Assembly: GCA_963575745.1 (NCBI GenBank)
Contig: CAUYUJ010000079.1
Location: 62,001 to 118,648, forward strand
Direction of reading: 5' to 3'
Length of the DNA: 56,648 nucleotides
Source: Prorocentrum cordatum
Lineage: Eukaryota
This document shows, one piece after another, positions 1 through 12,000 of the stretch (position 1 is its first letter; each line of letters starts with the position of its first letter). The notes beneath the pieces were generated by a model that saw only the letters and a list, made by a program, of their open reading frames with translations, did not search any database and was not told the origin of the DNA. The position numbers and the translations under genes were made by a program.

Positions 1-3000
1 TCCTGGCGCAGGCGGCACGGCCACGCCGACACCGCGGAAAGCCCACCCGCCGCCTCGATCACGTACGCGGTACCCGGCACTGGACAGCAGGTCGCGATGC
101 CGGGGTGGAGCGAGGTGCAGCGCGAGGGCGAGACAGTGTACGTCAGCCCCGACGGCGAGGAGTTCGACACGATCGAGTACGCGCACCAAGCGTTCCAGAT
201 TGCGAACGCCAGCGGCGGCTCGCTGCGCGACGTGACTAAGGCTTTGAACAAGATGCGGGAAGGCGAGGAAGAAGAGCAGCCCGATGCACCGGGGCCGACC
301 GTCGAGGGCCTCGCGCAGGGCAAGTTCAGGGGCGCCGTGTTGAGCCAGCACGACGACTGGATGCATCGCGGAGATCACCCTATTGTCCGAGACATGAGCT
401 TGTACGTCTACAGCATCTGGGTGTACCGCGTGGAACTGCCGTTGCACGCCCTTCCGGCCGGGGAGCTGGAGCCCGAGGGCAGCGGGGGGCGCACCCTGCA
501 CGTGGACATCGCCTTCGACTCGTCCTACTCGGCGGCGCGGAACTGGACGCAGAGGCTGGCCGCCGAGCCGCGCATCCCGAAGCCGGACGGCTTCCAGTTC
601 GTGAGCGCGGAGTCGAACGTGGAGACGCACTACCTCATGAAGTCTGTGCTGCTGCGACCGGTGCACCTGCCGGACGCCGACGGGCCCAACGACACGAAGG
701 AGCTGCGCTACCTCCGCGCGTACGAGCACCTGTGCGCGGCGCCGGAGGGCGAGCCGGAGTGGCCGGCGCAGCCGGCGGGGGAGGGCGTCTCGGGCCCGTT
801 CCAGCGCGGGTGGGAGTCGTTCGCCACCACCCAGGAGCAGCTGGCGAAGACGGCGCGGGCGAAGTGCCTCAAGAATGACGTGGGGTCGTGGGCAACTCCC
901 AGCATCTGGAACACGCAGGAGGTCGAGGCCGCGCTGCGCGAGAAGCACAGCGACCGCGGCGAGGACGTGCAGCCTCCTTGTCAGTGCGCCCAGTGCACGG
1001 AAATGGGCAACTGGCTGGACAGTATGCTGACGGTGCAGGAGTACCTGGCCCTGGAGAGCACGAAGACCGCGGCCAACTTCGACGGCATCTCCAAGGCGAG
1101 GGCTTCGAAGCCGAAGAGGCCGCAGAAGGACGACGTGCAGGTCGCCGAGGCCCCCGTGTTCCAGGAGGGCGCCGAGGACTCGGGTGCGGGCGCCGCGCAG
1201 GTGGAGGCCCAGGGCATCCGTGCTCAGGAAGGCCTCGCGAAGCTGGGCGCCAACACGGCACTGGAGCATCACTTCGACCCCGAGACGCTAGGGCAGATCT
1301 TGCGCTTCGACACCGCCGAGCGCACGCAGGCCTTCGTGAAGGAACTCAAGAAGGCCGCTACGATGATGGAGAACGGCGCGCTGCCCGGGCCGACTGACGC
1401 CGACGCATCGCGGCGCGCTGCCCGCGCCCTGAAGGACAACGTCCTCGCTCCGTTCAGGGCCCTGCGCGACCTCGACGCAGACGAGCTGAAGAGCTTGGTG
1501 GAGACCCAGCGGAAAAGGTTCGCCAAGGGAGGCACGATGGATGCGGACGTGCCCGTGGCCGACGCACCCGCGCCGGACGACGTCGGCGCAGCGGCCGCTG
1601 GCGCGATGCCAGCCGAGGCGGCGCAGGCACGGTGGGAGCCTTCGGAGGAGATGCAGCGGCCCAGCGACTTCGTCAAGCTCCTCGTTACAAAGTTCGAGGA
1701 CGGCGTGGTCAACCCGAGAACGGGGCGGCAGGAGCCCCGCCCTCTGAAGCCAGACCAGGCCCTGTTCGTCACGGCGTTCGCGAACGCCTGCAACGTGGTG
1801 TGGGACGAGGAGCAGAAGATCGAGGACGGCAGCATGGCCAAGCACGCCAAGCGGAAGACGTTCCAGTTCCTGCTCCTCGGCCAGGGCGGCAGCGGGAAGA
1901 CCGCCATGGTGCAGGAGATCGTGCTGCCGGCCATGGACGCACTGTTCCCTGTGGAACCGGGCAAGGCGAAGTCCACGCAGATAGTCTGCGCGAAGTGGTC
2001 GCAGGCCGCGAACATCTCCACGGACGCTCATAAGGCCGTCAGTTGCCACCGAGCGGGAGTCATTGGAGTGCAGTCCTTCAGGAACAAGGACATACCCGCG
2101 GGGGGCAAGCTGAAAGCGCTACAGGACACGTGGGAGGCGGTCAGGTGCTTGATCCTGGAGGAGGTGAGCATGATCTCGCCCAACTTGTACAACATGCTCG
2201 CCTTCCGGTCCTACCTGGGACGCAAGGCCGAGTGGGGCGCGGAGGAGCGGGAGTACGACCAGGTCGGCGGAGCCTTCGGCCGGATGCCGATCGTGATCCA
2301 CCTGGGAGACTTCTTGCAGCTGAAGCCGACGGGAGGCAAAGTGTCCCTCATCTCCAGCTTCGAGGAACTGGCGAAGGCGGGCATCAACCTCGCTCCAGAG
2401 TACCAGGCCGTGATGAAGCTCTTCTGCAACACGCCGCTGTGCTTCGAGCTCCAGGCGTCCAACCGCTTCAAAGACCCGAAGCTTCGTGATCTCATGGCGT
2501 TCTTGCGCAAGCCGGGGAAGCAGGTCCCGCCGGCCATCCGTGCCACGTGGAACGCCATGCAGTTGAAACCCGATGATCGCCGGCTCCGGGAGGAAAGGTT
2601 CCAGAACGGCCACATGATTGGGTCTTACTGGGACACTGTGGCGCGGTGGATGAACATGCGTTCCCAGCGGGACGCGGACGTCCTGAAGAAGCCCCTCTTC
2701 CTCGTGCAGGCCGCCGACAGGTCTGCCCCGACGATGAATGTCAAGGACGCCGCCAAGATGATGAACTGTGCCAACCCGAAGAATACCGGTGGCATGCACG
2801 GACTGCTCCCGGTGCATGTCGGCATGCGGATCCGCCTCCTGGAGGCGCTCGACCTCAAGAACGGCCTCGTCAAGGACGCCGAGGGCCAGATCGTGCACAT
2901 CGTCGTGGACCCTCGAGATCGTGACGCAGTCGACCATGCCGAGAGAGACGGGGAGAAGAGGGTCTATCTGAAGCACTTGCCGCTGGGGTTCTGGGTGCGC

Positions 3001-3641
3001 ATGGAGAAGTACGCGAGCGCGCCCTTCGTGGACGACCTGAGGCGCCACGACGACAGCCTCACGGGGGACCTCACGGGCCCGCTGGTGTTCATCGAGCCCC
3101 GTACGTCGGAGCCGTTCACCTTCCGCACCTCCAAGGTCACCCGGACGGGCTTCCCGTTTTCGCACGGCAGGATCATCACCACGGTGGCGTGCCAGGGGCG
3201 CACCATGCGGGAAGGCGACGGGGCGGGGGAACGGCGCCGCCGGGCAGTCTACGGCCGAACCTTTCGGGCCGAGCGGTCCGCAGCCAGACCTTCTCTCGGT
3301 CTCGTGGACTCTCGCCCTGGGCCTTCGGCTTTCCGGCGCGCTGCTCCCTCGGCCGACATCGCCCAGGCGTGATCCTGGACTGCGGCCGCCACGAGGTGGG
3401 GAACGGCAAGAAGGAGGACGGCGACTGGTGGCTGGAGCTCTACGTCCTGCTCTCGCGCGCCACGCGCCACGAGGACCTCCTGCTCATGCGGGCGCCGCGC
3501 ATCGAGTTCTTCCTGGCAGGGCCGCCGGAGGGCTTGCGGAAGCAGCTGGAGCAGTTTGCTGCGCGCACGAGGCGGTGCAGAAGGGAGGCGACGGCCCTCG
3601 CCAGGGAGCTGGGCTTCACCGAGTTTATCCGCGAGGCTTGA
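1..3641 (+). CDS. PIF1-family (SF1B) DNA helicase, probably the C-terminal part of a Helitron-like Rep-helicase. 5'-partial; spliced join(<1..3214,3367..3641)
   Basis: Motifs in order: Walker A GQGGSGKT, Walker B LILEEVSMI, III GDFLQLKP, IV SNRF, V TTVACQGRTM. Motif VI (LYVLLSRAT) lies in another frame and joins after removing 3215-3366 (..MREG|VILDCG..). The frame is open to the window edge upstream of ATG 97. DDWMHRG..MSLYVY resembles the Helitron Rep-helicase linker. Confidence 0.85.
3215..3366 (+). other. 152-bp GC-AG intron, introner-like
   Basis: GAAG|GCGACG...GCCCAG|GCGTG. Removal restores the frame and joins helicase motifs V and VI. AGGCG is repeated at both junctions, and the ends are imperfect inverted repeats. 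Confidence 0.85.
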
Positions 3642-4319
3642 CCTGAGGAGCGGCCCGCCCGAGCCTCGCCGTCTCTCGACGGTCTGACTGTTTGGCTTCG
3701 CGCCGCGGGCAACCTGCGCGCGTCGCTGGGACCCTCTCGGGGCGACCAGCGCGCGTCCCGGGAATTTCGCGCTGCGCTCTGACCAGAGCCTCGCTCGCCC
3801 CCGTCGTCTCTCTGCCCAGCGGCCACAGGCTTGCCCGCTATCAGCCAGCCTGCTCGCTCTCCCCGCTGCGCGCAGCGGGCGACCTGCGCGCGTCGCCGGG
3901 ACCCCTTCGGGGCGACCAGCGCGCGTCGCGGGGATTCCGTGCGGCGCCGCGCCAGCAGCCATGGACATCGGCGCGCACAGGCAAAGATGCAGAGAAGAAA
4001 GGGGAGGAAGCGGGCGCGATCCTCGGGAGGAGCGTCCACATTTATGTACGTAGACTGATTCGCACGCAGATTCATTCACAATCAGACTCACTCGCGCTCA
4101 GGCTCACCCGTTCTTAGCCTCTCGCACTCAGACCGACCGTCTTTGTTCGTATTGTGTACTCCGTGACGAATTTCGGCACGCCCCTCACACGGTTCGCGGC
4201 CCCATAGGGAGCGCGAGTGAAGATGGTATTCACAATTGCGGTATTCACAACTGCACATGGTTGGGTCCTTCGTCAGGCTAATTTTGTCGTGCGCAATGTT
4301 TTGGTTTGTAAGCCGGTGT

Positions 4320-5017
4320 TTTGTGTACGCAGTGTTCTTTTTACGCAGTGTTCTTTTACGTAGTGCTTCCTGCGCGATGTTTTCTGAATAGTGTTTTCTG
4401 CGTCGTGCTTATTGCGTAGTGTTTCCTGCGTAGTGTGTTCTGCGTAGTGGTTCCTCCGTAGCGTTTCCTGCGTAGCGTTTCGTGCGTAGTGTTTCCTTCG
4501 TAGTGTTCACCAGGCTCGTTCTGGGCATTTCTGGGCGCGACGGGCAGCAGCGCAGTGTCAGCAGCGCAGTGTCAACAACGTAGTGTCAACAACGCAGTGG
4601 CAACAGCGCACGGTCCGCGATGACCAACACCGCAGCGTGAGTTCGGCGATGTTCACCAAACTCGTCCTTGGCCCTTCTGGGCGCGGCGGGCAGCAGCGCA
4701 GTGTCAACAGCGCAGTGTCAGCAGCGCAGTGCCAACAGCGTAGTGTCATCAGCGCAGCGTCGACAACGCACGGTCACATGAGAGCACCGCGATGACCAAC
4801 AACGCAGGGTGATTTCGGCGATGTTCAGCAGTTCTGAGAGTTCCCCCCAACGGTGAAATCATATGCGTAGTGTTTTTGCGTAGTGTTTTCGCGTAGTGCC
4901 AAGAGTGCAGCGCCAGCAGCGTAGTGTCAAGAGTGCAGTACCAGCAGCGTAGTGTCAAGAGTGCAGTGCCAGCAGACACTACGCTGTTGACACTAGGCGG
5001 TTGACACTACGCTGTTG
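4320..5017. repeat. Degenerate short-unit tandem array (GCGTAGTGT / CAGCGCAGTGTCA units) with an internal ~150-bp duplication
   Basis: Units visible directly. 4504-4650 resembles 4651-4830. Units reverse orientation near 4975. Confidence 0.75.
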
Positions 5018-5721
5018 AAGTTAACTCACGGTCAAAATCTTGAACTCACTGTTCAGAGAGCCCTCGGCACTGCTCCATCTGCTGCCTCGCTGCTTTCGGT
5101 GGCAACTCATGTGAGCCTCCTATATCGTCTTGTTGGCTCTTGCGAGTCGACGCTGGTCGACGCTAAAACGACGCTAGTCGACGCTTCATCGGTGTTTATC
5201 GACGCTAGATCGACGCTAATCGACGCTAAGTCGGCGCCATCCCGTCGATTACCAAACGCCAGAAAAACATGAGTGCACATTACAAACAAATCTGCTACGG
5301 CGAACGAGGCTCCCGTGATTCTCTACCGAGCCACTGGCTTCAGAACGCCCCCCGCCGGAACGTTTTTGCTTCTGCCCTGGTGCTTCTTCCAGGCGCACGA
5401 TGGGTTGTAACACCATGGTCCCCACATGTGCGGAAACAGTGGAGGCCAGCCCACAAGAAACCTTCCACAAAAAACCCAACCCTGAAACCCCCGGACGCCC
5501 GTCGATTTTTGGCGTGGGAGCGCCTTCCATCGCAAAACCATCGAAACCCAAGAAGCCCAGGGCACCCTGGAAGCAAGCAAGGTGTTTCTTGGCAAGGGCC
5601 TCCACCGTAAGAGGCAAAAGAAGTTCGGCGGGCAGTCTGCGAGGCTCGGCCGGACATCTCGCCGTGTTTGCAGACCTCGCGCCACGAGCCCGCGGAAGGC
5701 GCTGCCTGTTCGTCATGGCAA

Positions 5722-5805
5722 CGCGGGTGGGTCGCGGGTGCGTTGCGGGTGGGTCGCGGGTGCGTCGCGGGTGGGTCGCGGGTGGGTCGCGGGCGGGTCG
5801 CGGGC
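5722..5805 (+). repeat. 11-bp tandem repeat (GCGGGTGGGTC)n
   Basis: About 7 imperfect copies seen directly. Confidence 0.8.
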
Positions 5806-6475
5806 GAGGACGACGACAGCAGCACAACAACAAGAAACCCGCACTGGTGAAGGCCACTCCAGCTGGGCACCCATTGACTGTGTCAGACCGTTCGTCCCCC
5901 CCCCCTCTCTCTGATGTTCCTCCTGCTCATGCCCCATCTTCTTCCCCTCCTTCTCCCCATCCTGCCCCCTGCCACTCGATCGATCCCTCCTCCACTTATT
6001 ATACTTCTCTCTCTCCCCCCTCCTCCTCAAACCTTCTCCTGCTCCTCCACCCCCTCTCCCCGCCCATCCCTGGCTGGCCACATCAGAGGACAACTGCAGC
6101 CCCCTGCTGCCGCCTTGTCATCTCGCACTCCTGGATCTGGGCAGCGCAGGACGCGAATGTGTCCGCGATGTCCCTGGCGTCTGTGGGGAGCAAGCTCAGG
6201 TCTGTCATGCACAGCGCCCGCGGCTCGTCTCCGACAACCGCGACCCACGCCGAAAAGAGCCCGAACACCTGGCCACGGGCCGGCTGGCAGCCGCACGTGC
6301 CGCCACGAATGGCACGGACCCCCACCCCAGCAGATGGGGCAGACGCCACGTGAATGGTGTGCCTTTGTCCGCGGCGGGTGGGTGGCTCCCCGGGGGCACA
6401 TGATATGCGAAGCGGGGATCAATCCATATCTACTGCCTGTGAAACCAACGTCCTGGGATCCACGCGGGCGGTGGA

Positions 6476-7127
<652 letters not shown>

Positions 7128-7133
7128 AAGATC

Positions 7134-7235
7134 TGTGATTGATGATACGTGTTCAAGCCAAGGCAAAAGGGGCCCCTAAGAGCCAAGCGGCGGCGAGTGG
7201 CGTACGAGCGTGTCATACACACACAATATATCACA
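7134..7235 (-). repeat. 3' LTR of copia element A
   Basis: TGTGAT...ATCACA ends. 4 mismatches versus 16549-16650. Confidence 0.95.
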
Positions 7236-7346
7236 CCAGTGAAACTTTGTCACGAGCTAGCCGGTTGGCAGCCACTCTCAGGGGCTAGTAAAAGGGCGTC
7301 TCCAAACGAGACGCAGCGTAAGGCGGCCAGGGTGGCAACAGTAACA

Positions 7347-9052
7347 TCACTTCCCCGTCGGGATAGTGTTCACCCTGGCTCTAGCCAGCTGTTTCTTCGC
7401 TTTCTTGATCGTTGACTCCGGGTCCGGGGTAATATCGTAAGTACCAGTGGTCAATATGTTAACAAGGAAATGATTTGGCATAGCTTTAGTGAGGCAATCT
7501 ACGGCCATGACACTCGTATCGATCCAACGGATCTTATCGCAGAGCAACTTCGGGTGCAGGATTTCTACCTCTTCATCACCTCGTGTCCAAATGTCCTGAC
7601 GGAGACTGCTCAGGTCAATACTCAAGCGCTTATCCTCCGTCTTTCCAATAGTAGGCGCTGTTCGGTGCTCTTCCAAACTCTTACAATCTGTCACCCAAAG
7701 ATGTCTCATCGTCATGGCTGAAATCTCTTCCCAGTCTGAAGGGAGTTTATTAGCTACCCCAAGCATACCTCGCGCATCAGCGATGGCAGCACGTATACGC
7801 ACACCTGATTCTACACCCCAGAGACAAGCCAACGTCTCTGCTTGTAAGTAGATTTGCACACACGCCTGATAACCTTGCTCGATAAACGTATAGGGAGGAC
7901 GTAATCACTGTTCCCCTCGACAAATCCCGGCCCTGCAAGTCCGTTGAACCTGGCCCTCTGGGATCTGAGCGGCTCCAAGTTGCCTCTGAGAACATCGTCT
8001 TCTCCAGCCCAGCTGGCATCCGTAACGGTAAGAACGATCATGTCCTTGTCCCACAGCACGGCACCACCTTTAAACACAAGTCCGCTGTCCGACGTCTGTA
8101 CTGCTTCTTCCAAGACGCGGTTGGCCTCCTTAAGGTGCAATACCTTCGCATGGGTCACTGCCGTTTGCAGTCGACTCACGCGGTAGAGGAGCTCGGGCTT
8201 GCATTGCCGACAAACCCAAGACAAGGCACCTACAACTGACATAAGTTGGGATGTCTCTCCTTCGTTACAGCGCCTGGTGAGGGGGCTGTCCCTGGGATAG
8301 GATACAGCTTCTATATTTTCGGTGTTGTCCTTGGCCATGACGTGGACGGTATAGTCTTGATCTTGAGCAATGTCTAACCCGCAGTAGCGGAAATCTCCTG
8401 ACTTGACCTCTCTGATGTCGAACTCTGCCAGCACGGAGTCAATAATCCTCTGGCTCTCGTCGTCTGCGGCCCATAGTATGTCGTCCATATGTGTGCCTAT
8501 CATACACGTAATCTGGTCATTATCATTAGATAAACTGAAAAGGGCTGGCATGATACGGTTCTCTCTTAATCCGTGAGCTTTAAAACGTTGTCGGATCTTC
8601 TTCCATAAACCTCTCCCAGCGTCACGCGTTCCATAAACAGGCATGCGAACTATAAGCGCCCCACCATCCGGTACTCCTTCGAGCCCGTCGGAAGGTGGTT
8701 TTAATAGCATGAGACGGTCGAGTTCTTGACCCTGAAAATAGGCTGAAGTGATATCAGCGCATTTCAATGCCTTCTTCGTGCATGCGGGCCACGATATTAT
8801 CAGCCTTAAGCCTTCTAGCTCACATGTTGGTGAGTCCGTGCGGATGCCGAGAGATTCCTCGAGGTCTCCTCGTACCACAAGTCTGCTTTTGTATTGTGGC
8901 GCAACCGGTGGTCCACCCGGTCTGCGTACATGTTCGTTTTTATCTACCTCAATCCATTGCGTGGGAACCATGCGATATCCCTCGTCGAGGAGCTTCTGCA
9001 GTTCTGAGGAATCAATGGTTACGGCAGCATTGAACCTTCGCCATTTTCCCCA
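7347..9052 (-). CDS. pol: Element A polyprotein part 3: copia reverse transcriptase + RNase H, frameshift near 7845
   Basis: RT motifs KSRLVVRG, TDSPT, ADITSAYFQG, VYGTRDAG, HMDD. RNase H motifs TDASW, ST|LQAET, TDCKSL, DKRLSID, AVDCLTK. Confidence 0.92.
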
Positions 9053-12000
9053 CTAGTCTTGTCTTGCGAGACGCAGTCCGCTCTTAACTTCCTCCGATTC
9101 CTTATGGAATGTAAGGTTCTTAACGCTCTTCAGCTTCTTTCGAGATTGAGGCTTACTGATGGCTCGCTCATTGAAGAAACCAACAAGTGACTCGTGTGAT
9201 TTGACTGCCACGGACGCAGTCCTCCTCTGGAGTAGATCTACGCCTGATCCTGTAGCCCCCGTTCTCTGCCATGCCTCGAGCAGCGGGTTCGCTGGCTCGG
9301 GTGCTGGTTCTGACACTGAAGCGGATCTCCTTTCTGAGGATGATCCTCCTGTGTCCAATCTCCTTCGCATCACTTCGCCGCGACCACGTAGGTCGTGCGG
9401 CACATCATCTAGCAAAGATCTCTGCAACGGGGTGCGCGACGGTCTAGGCTCAGGTTGTTCGGCAGGGGAATCTTCAGCTTCTCCCTTGCCTCCGTCACTC
9501 ATGTTCCCACCTGGTGCTACAGGTTGAGACTCTTCCATCGGCTCTGGCATCTCTAATTCCGGCCCCTCATGGATGACTGGGAGTACGTCCTCTTGAGGTG
9601 CTCCAGGCTGGCCTGCACCAGGTAACTCTCTTCGTTCGTCGACAAACGACTGCTGCTGACCTTCAGGAGGAGCGTATCGTTCCATACCTCCATCCTGGTG
9701 CCGGGAAAGATATTGATATGCCAGAGCTTCAGCCGCTGTGCACGGTCTGAGCCTGTCAACCGCAACACACACCGGAACCCCCTCGGTGATGACCCATGCG
9801 TTCTTGCCGTCGAACCCTACGATCCTCGATCCAGTGCTCCATTTTGCAGTAACTTCTCCGTCGGTGGGCCTTTTGCGAAAGCACACCACATCTCCGACCT
9901 GGTACTCGCCCGCCAGAGGGGCTGCTTTACGAAGCATAGCACGCGCGGTCCTGCTACCAACGTCGTGCTCGGCGAATGCTTTCCTGGCAGTGGCGCGGAT
10001 TGCAGATTGACGTGAGAACTCATCAGACCCATCTTCAGCCACGTTAGCCAATACACCCAGGTCGTAAGCTTCTTCGTCGTCGAACTGACTACCCGGCACA
10101 CGGGGCAGCCGACCGAGCGCCCACTGAGACGGCGAAAAACCGCCAACTCGGGACATCTCGTTCTTGGTGCTGTCGACCTCTACGGCTGTCGTCATAACTT
10201 CGTCGAGGCCAATAACGTTCTTGTCGTGAACCACTTTCTTAAACACGTTTTTCCATAGTCCGCCGTGTCTTTCGGTGCGTCCGATCTGCTCCGGGGATTC
10301 GACTCCTGCGTCGCGGAGATCGATCCCTTGACTCTTAACCCACTGTAAGAAGACACCTCTGCTATGTAACCCTCGATCCAACACGATCCTTGTAGGCTTT
10401 CCTGCCCAAGCACACCAGTGCCGCTGGAGGGCTGTGAGGCATGTCCGCGAAGACGGCATTCCACCACCTAGTCGAACGAATATGACCCGCTGGAACGTAG
10501 TTCCCTGGCAGACGATATTCGGGAAGCTGTACCTTTCGCCGTTGTTGTCCTTCACCTCCAGAACATCGATCCCGATCTCGTAATTGAAACAGAACTTCTT
10601 GGGAAGCGCTACCTTGTGTGTCTGCGGTAACGGTTTGTGATGCTCACAAGACTCACAACGGTAAAGTTTGGCTGCCTCAATATATTCGGACGACATCCTG
10701 GAAAGCTTCATAAGTTGGATCAACGCGCGATTCGGAACATGACCGAACTGCCTGTGGAGTCGCCGAATGGCGATCCTCACTCGGAGCGGAATCTTGAGCC
10801 AAGACTTCCTTCGTTCTCCTTCTAATTTCGGCTCTCCTGGGAGCGGCAGCTTCTCAAGGATTTCTTGCTCTTCATCCCCGAGGTCTTCCTGAGCGGTAAC
10901 AGCCACATCTTCGTCGTCGTTAACTGCATCAAGGGTCGATCCTGCCATTTCCGCTGCAGCTCCAGCTGGAAAGGCGGTGGCGGCAAGGCGGCCCAGGCGA
11001 ACCTGGTGTCCAAGATCGCGTAAGAAGTCGAAAAACCGCGAAGGTAACTCAGCGGAATTGTTGAGCGCATCACTTGAGCCTGGCTCTGACTCCAGGAAGG
11101 AGTTCAGGGCGTTGGCAACCTCGAGGTTTGAGCATGTGGACTCCTGGCCAAACGTAATTGCAACCGAACCATTGTTTTTCGTCGCTTCCTCCAAACAGTT
11201 ACGGATGATGCTAGTATCATCGGCGGTGGTGTTAGCAACGATGAGATCAGGATTGCACTCGATGATCTCCTTTACCACGCCCTCGTCCCAGGCTGGGCGA
11301 ATTACCATATCCTCCGCGCTAACGGTCCCCGCGAAAACGAGGCCAATGATGAAGCACAACACCTTGCCCACAGAGTAACGGCACGTGAGCGGCGGCACGT
11401 TGAGCTCCATCTTGCCGATCGTGCCCTTCGTCAGGCACTGCGTGAGAATGGAGTCGTTCTTGTCCATCTCGGTCAGCCCGGCGCAGTAGTGCTCGCGCTT
11501 CTTCCCATTCATTGTAAACATATGGTGCTCATCCAACTTCAGAGAATTACACAGGTATGCTACACCATCATGTGAGATACGAGGCGACTGAGCGAACACG
11601 CAGATTCTGTCGAAGTCCAAGGCTGGCTTTGACGAGTCTATGGCCACGCGATCCTCGATCTGCTCCCACTTCTGCGACTCCTTGTTGCGACCGAGCGTGC
11701 TCTTACGCCACTTGTCCCATGACTTCGGATGCTTGATCTTCGTATCATAGGGATCAAACTTGACGTTGACTCGCACCATATTGCGACTATCCAAGTCCGA
11801 AGGCGCACCAGCTACACCCCGATCAGCAAAGGTAACGGGATCAACATACGTGATGAAGTTCCGCTTCTTGCCCGCATTGAACAATGTCTCCAGTTGCTTG
11901 CCAGCGACCTCCAGGGGCGCGAAGTCCACGACTGGATCTCCGCTCTTGTCGTCGCCCGCTCGCAGGTCCCGGTCCTGGGATCCTACGCGAGCCGCGCCAG

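Noticed and set aside
708..3206. Antisense and alternative-frame ORFs over the helicase and over the retroelement genes
   Set aside because: Shadow ORFs expected from high GC3 codon bias; no motifs.
3215..3372. C-terminus of the 1091-aa ORF as annotated (DGAGERRR...DIAQA)
   Set aside because: This is read-through into the intron. The true C-terminus with motif VI is in 3367-3641.
3640..4200. Canonical Helitron 3' end (hairpin + CTRR)
   Set aside because: No convincing hairpin-CTAG terminus was found by eye.
9053..9055. Programmed stop read-through between integrase and RT
   Set aside because: The TAG replaces an expected Glu (EWGKW). A single G-to-T nonsense mutation is simpler, and the copy has other lesions.
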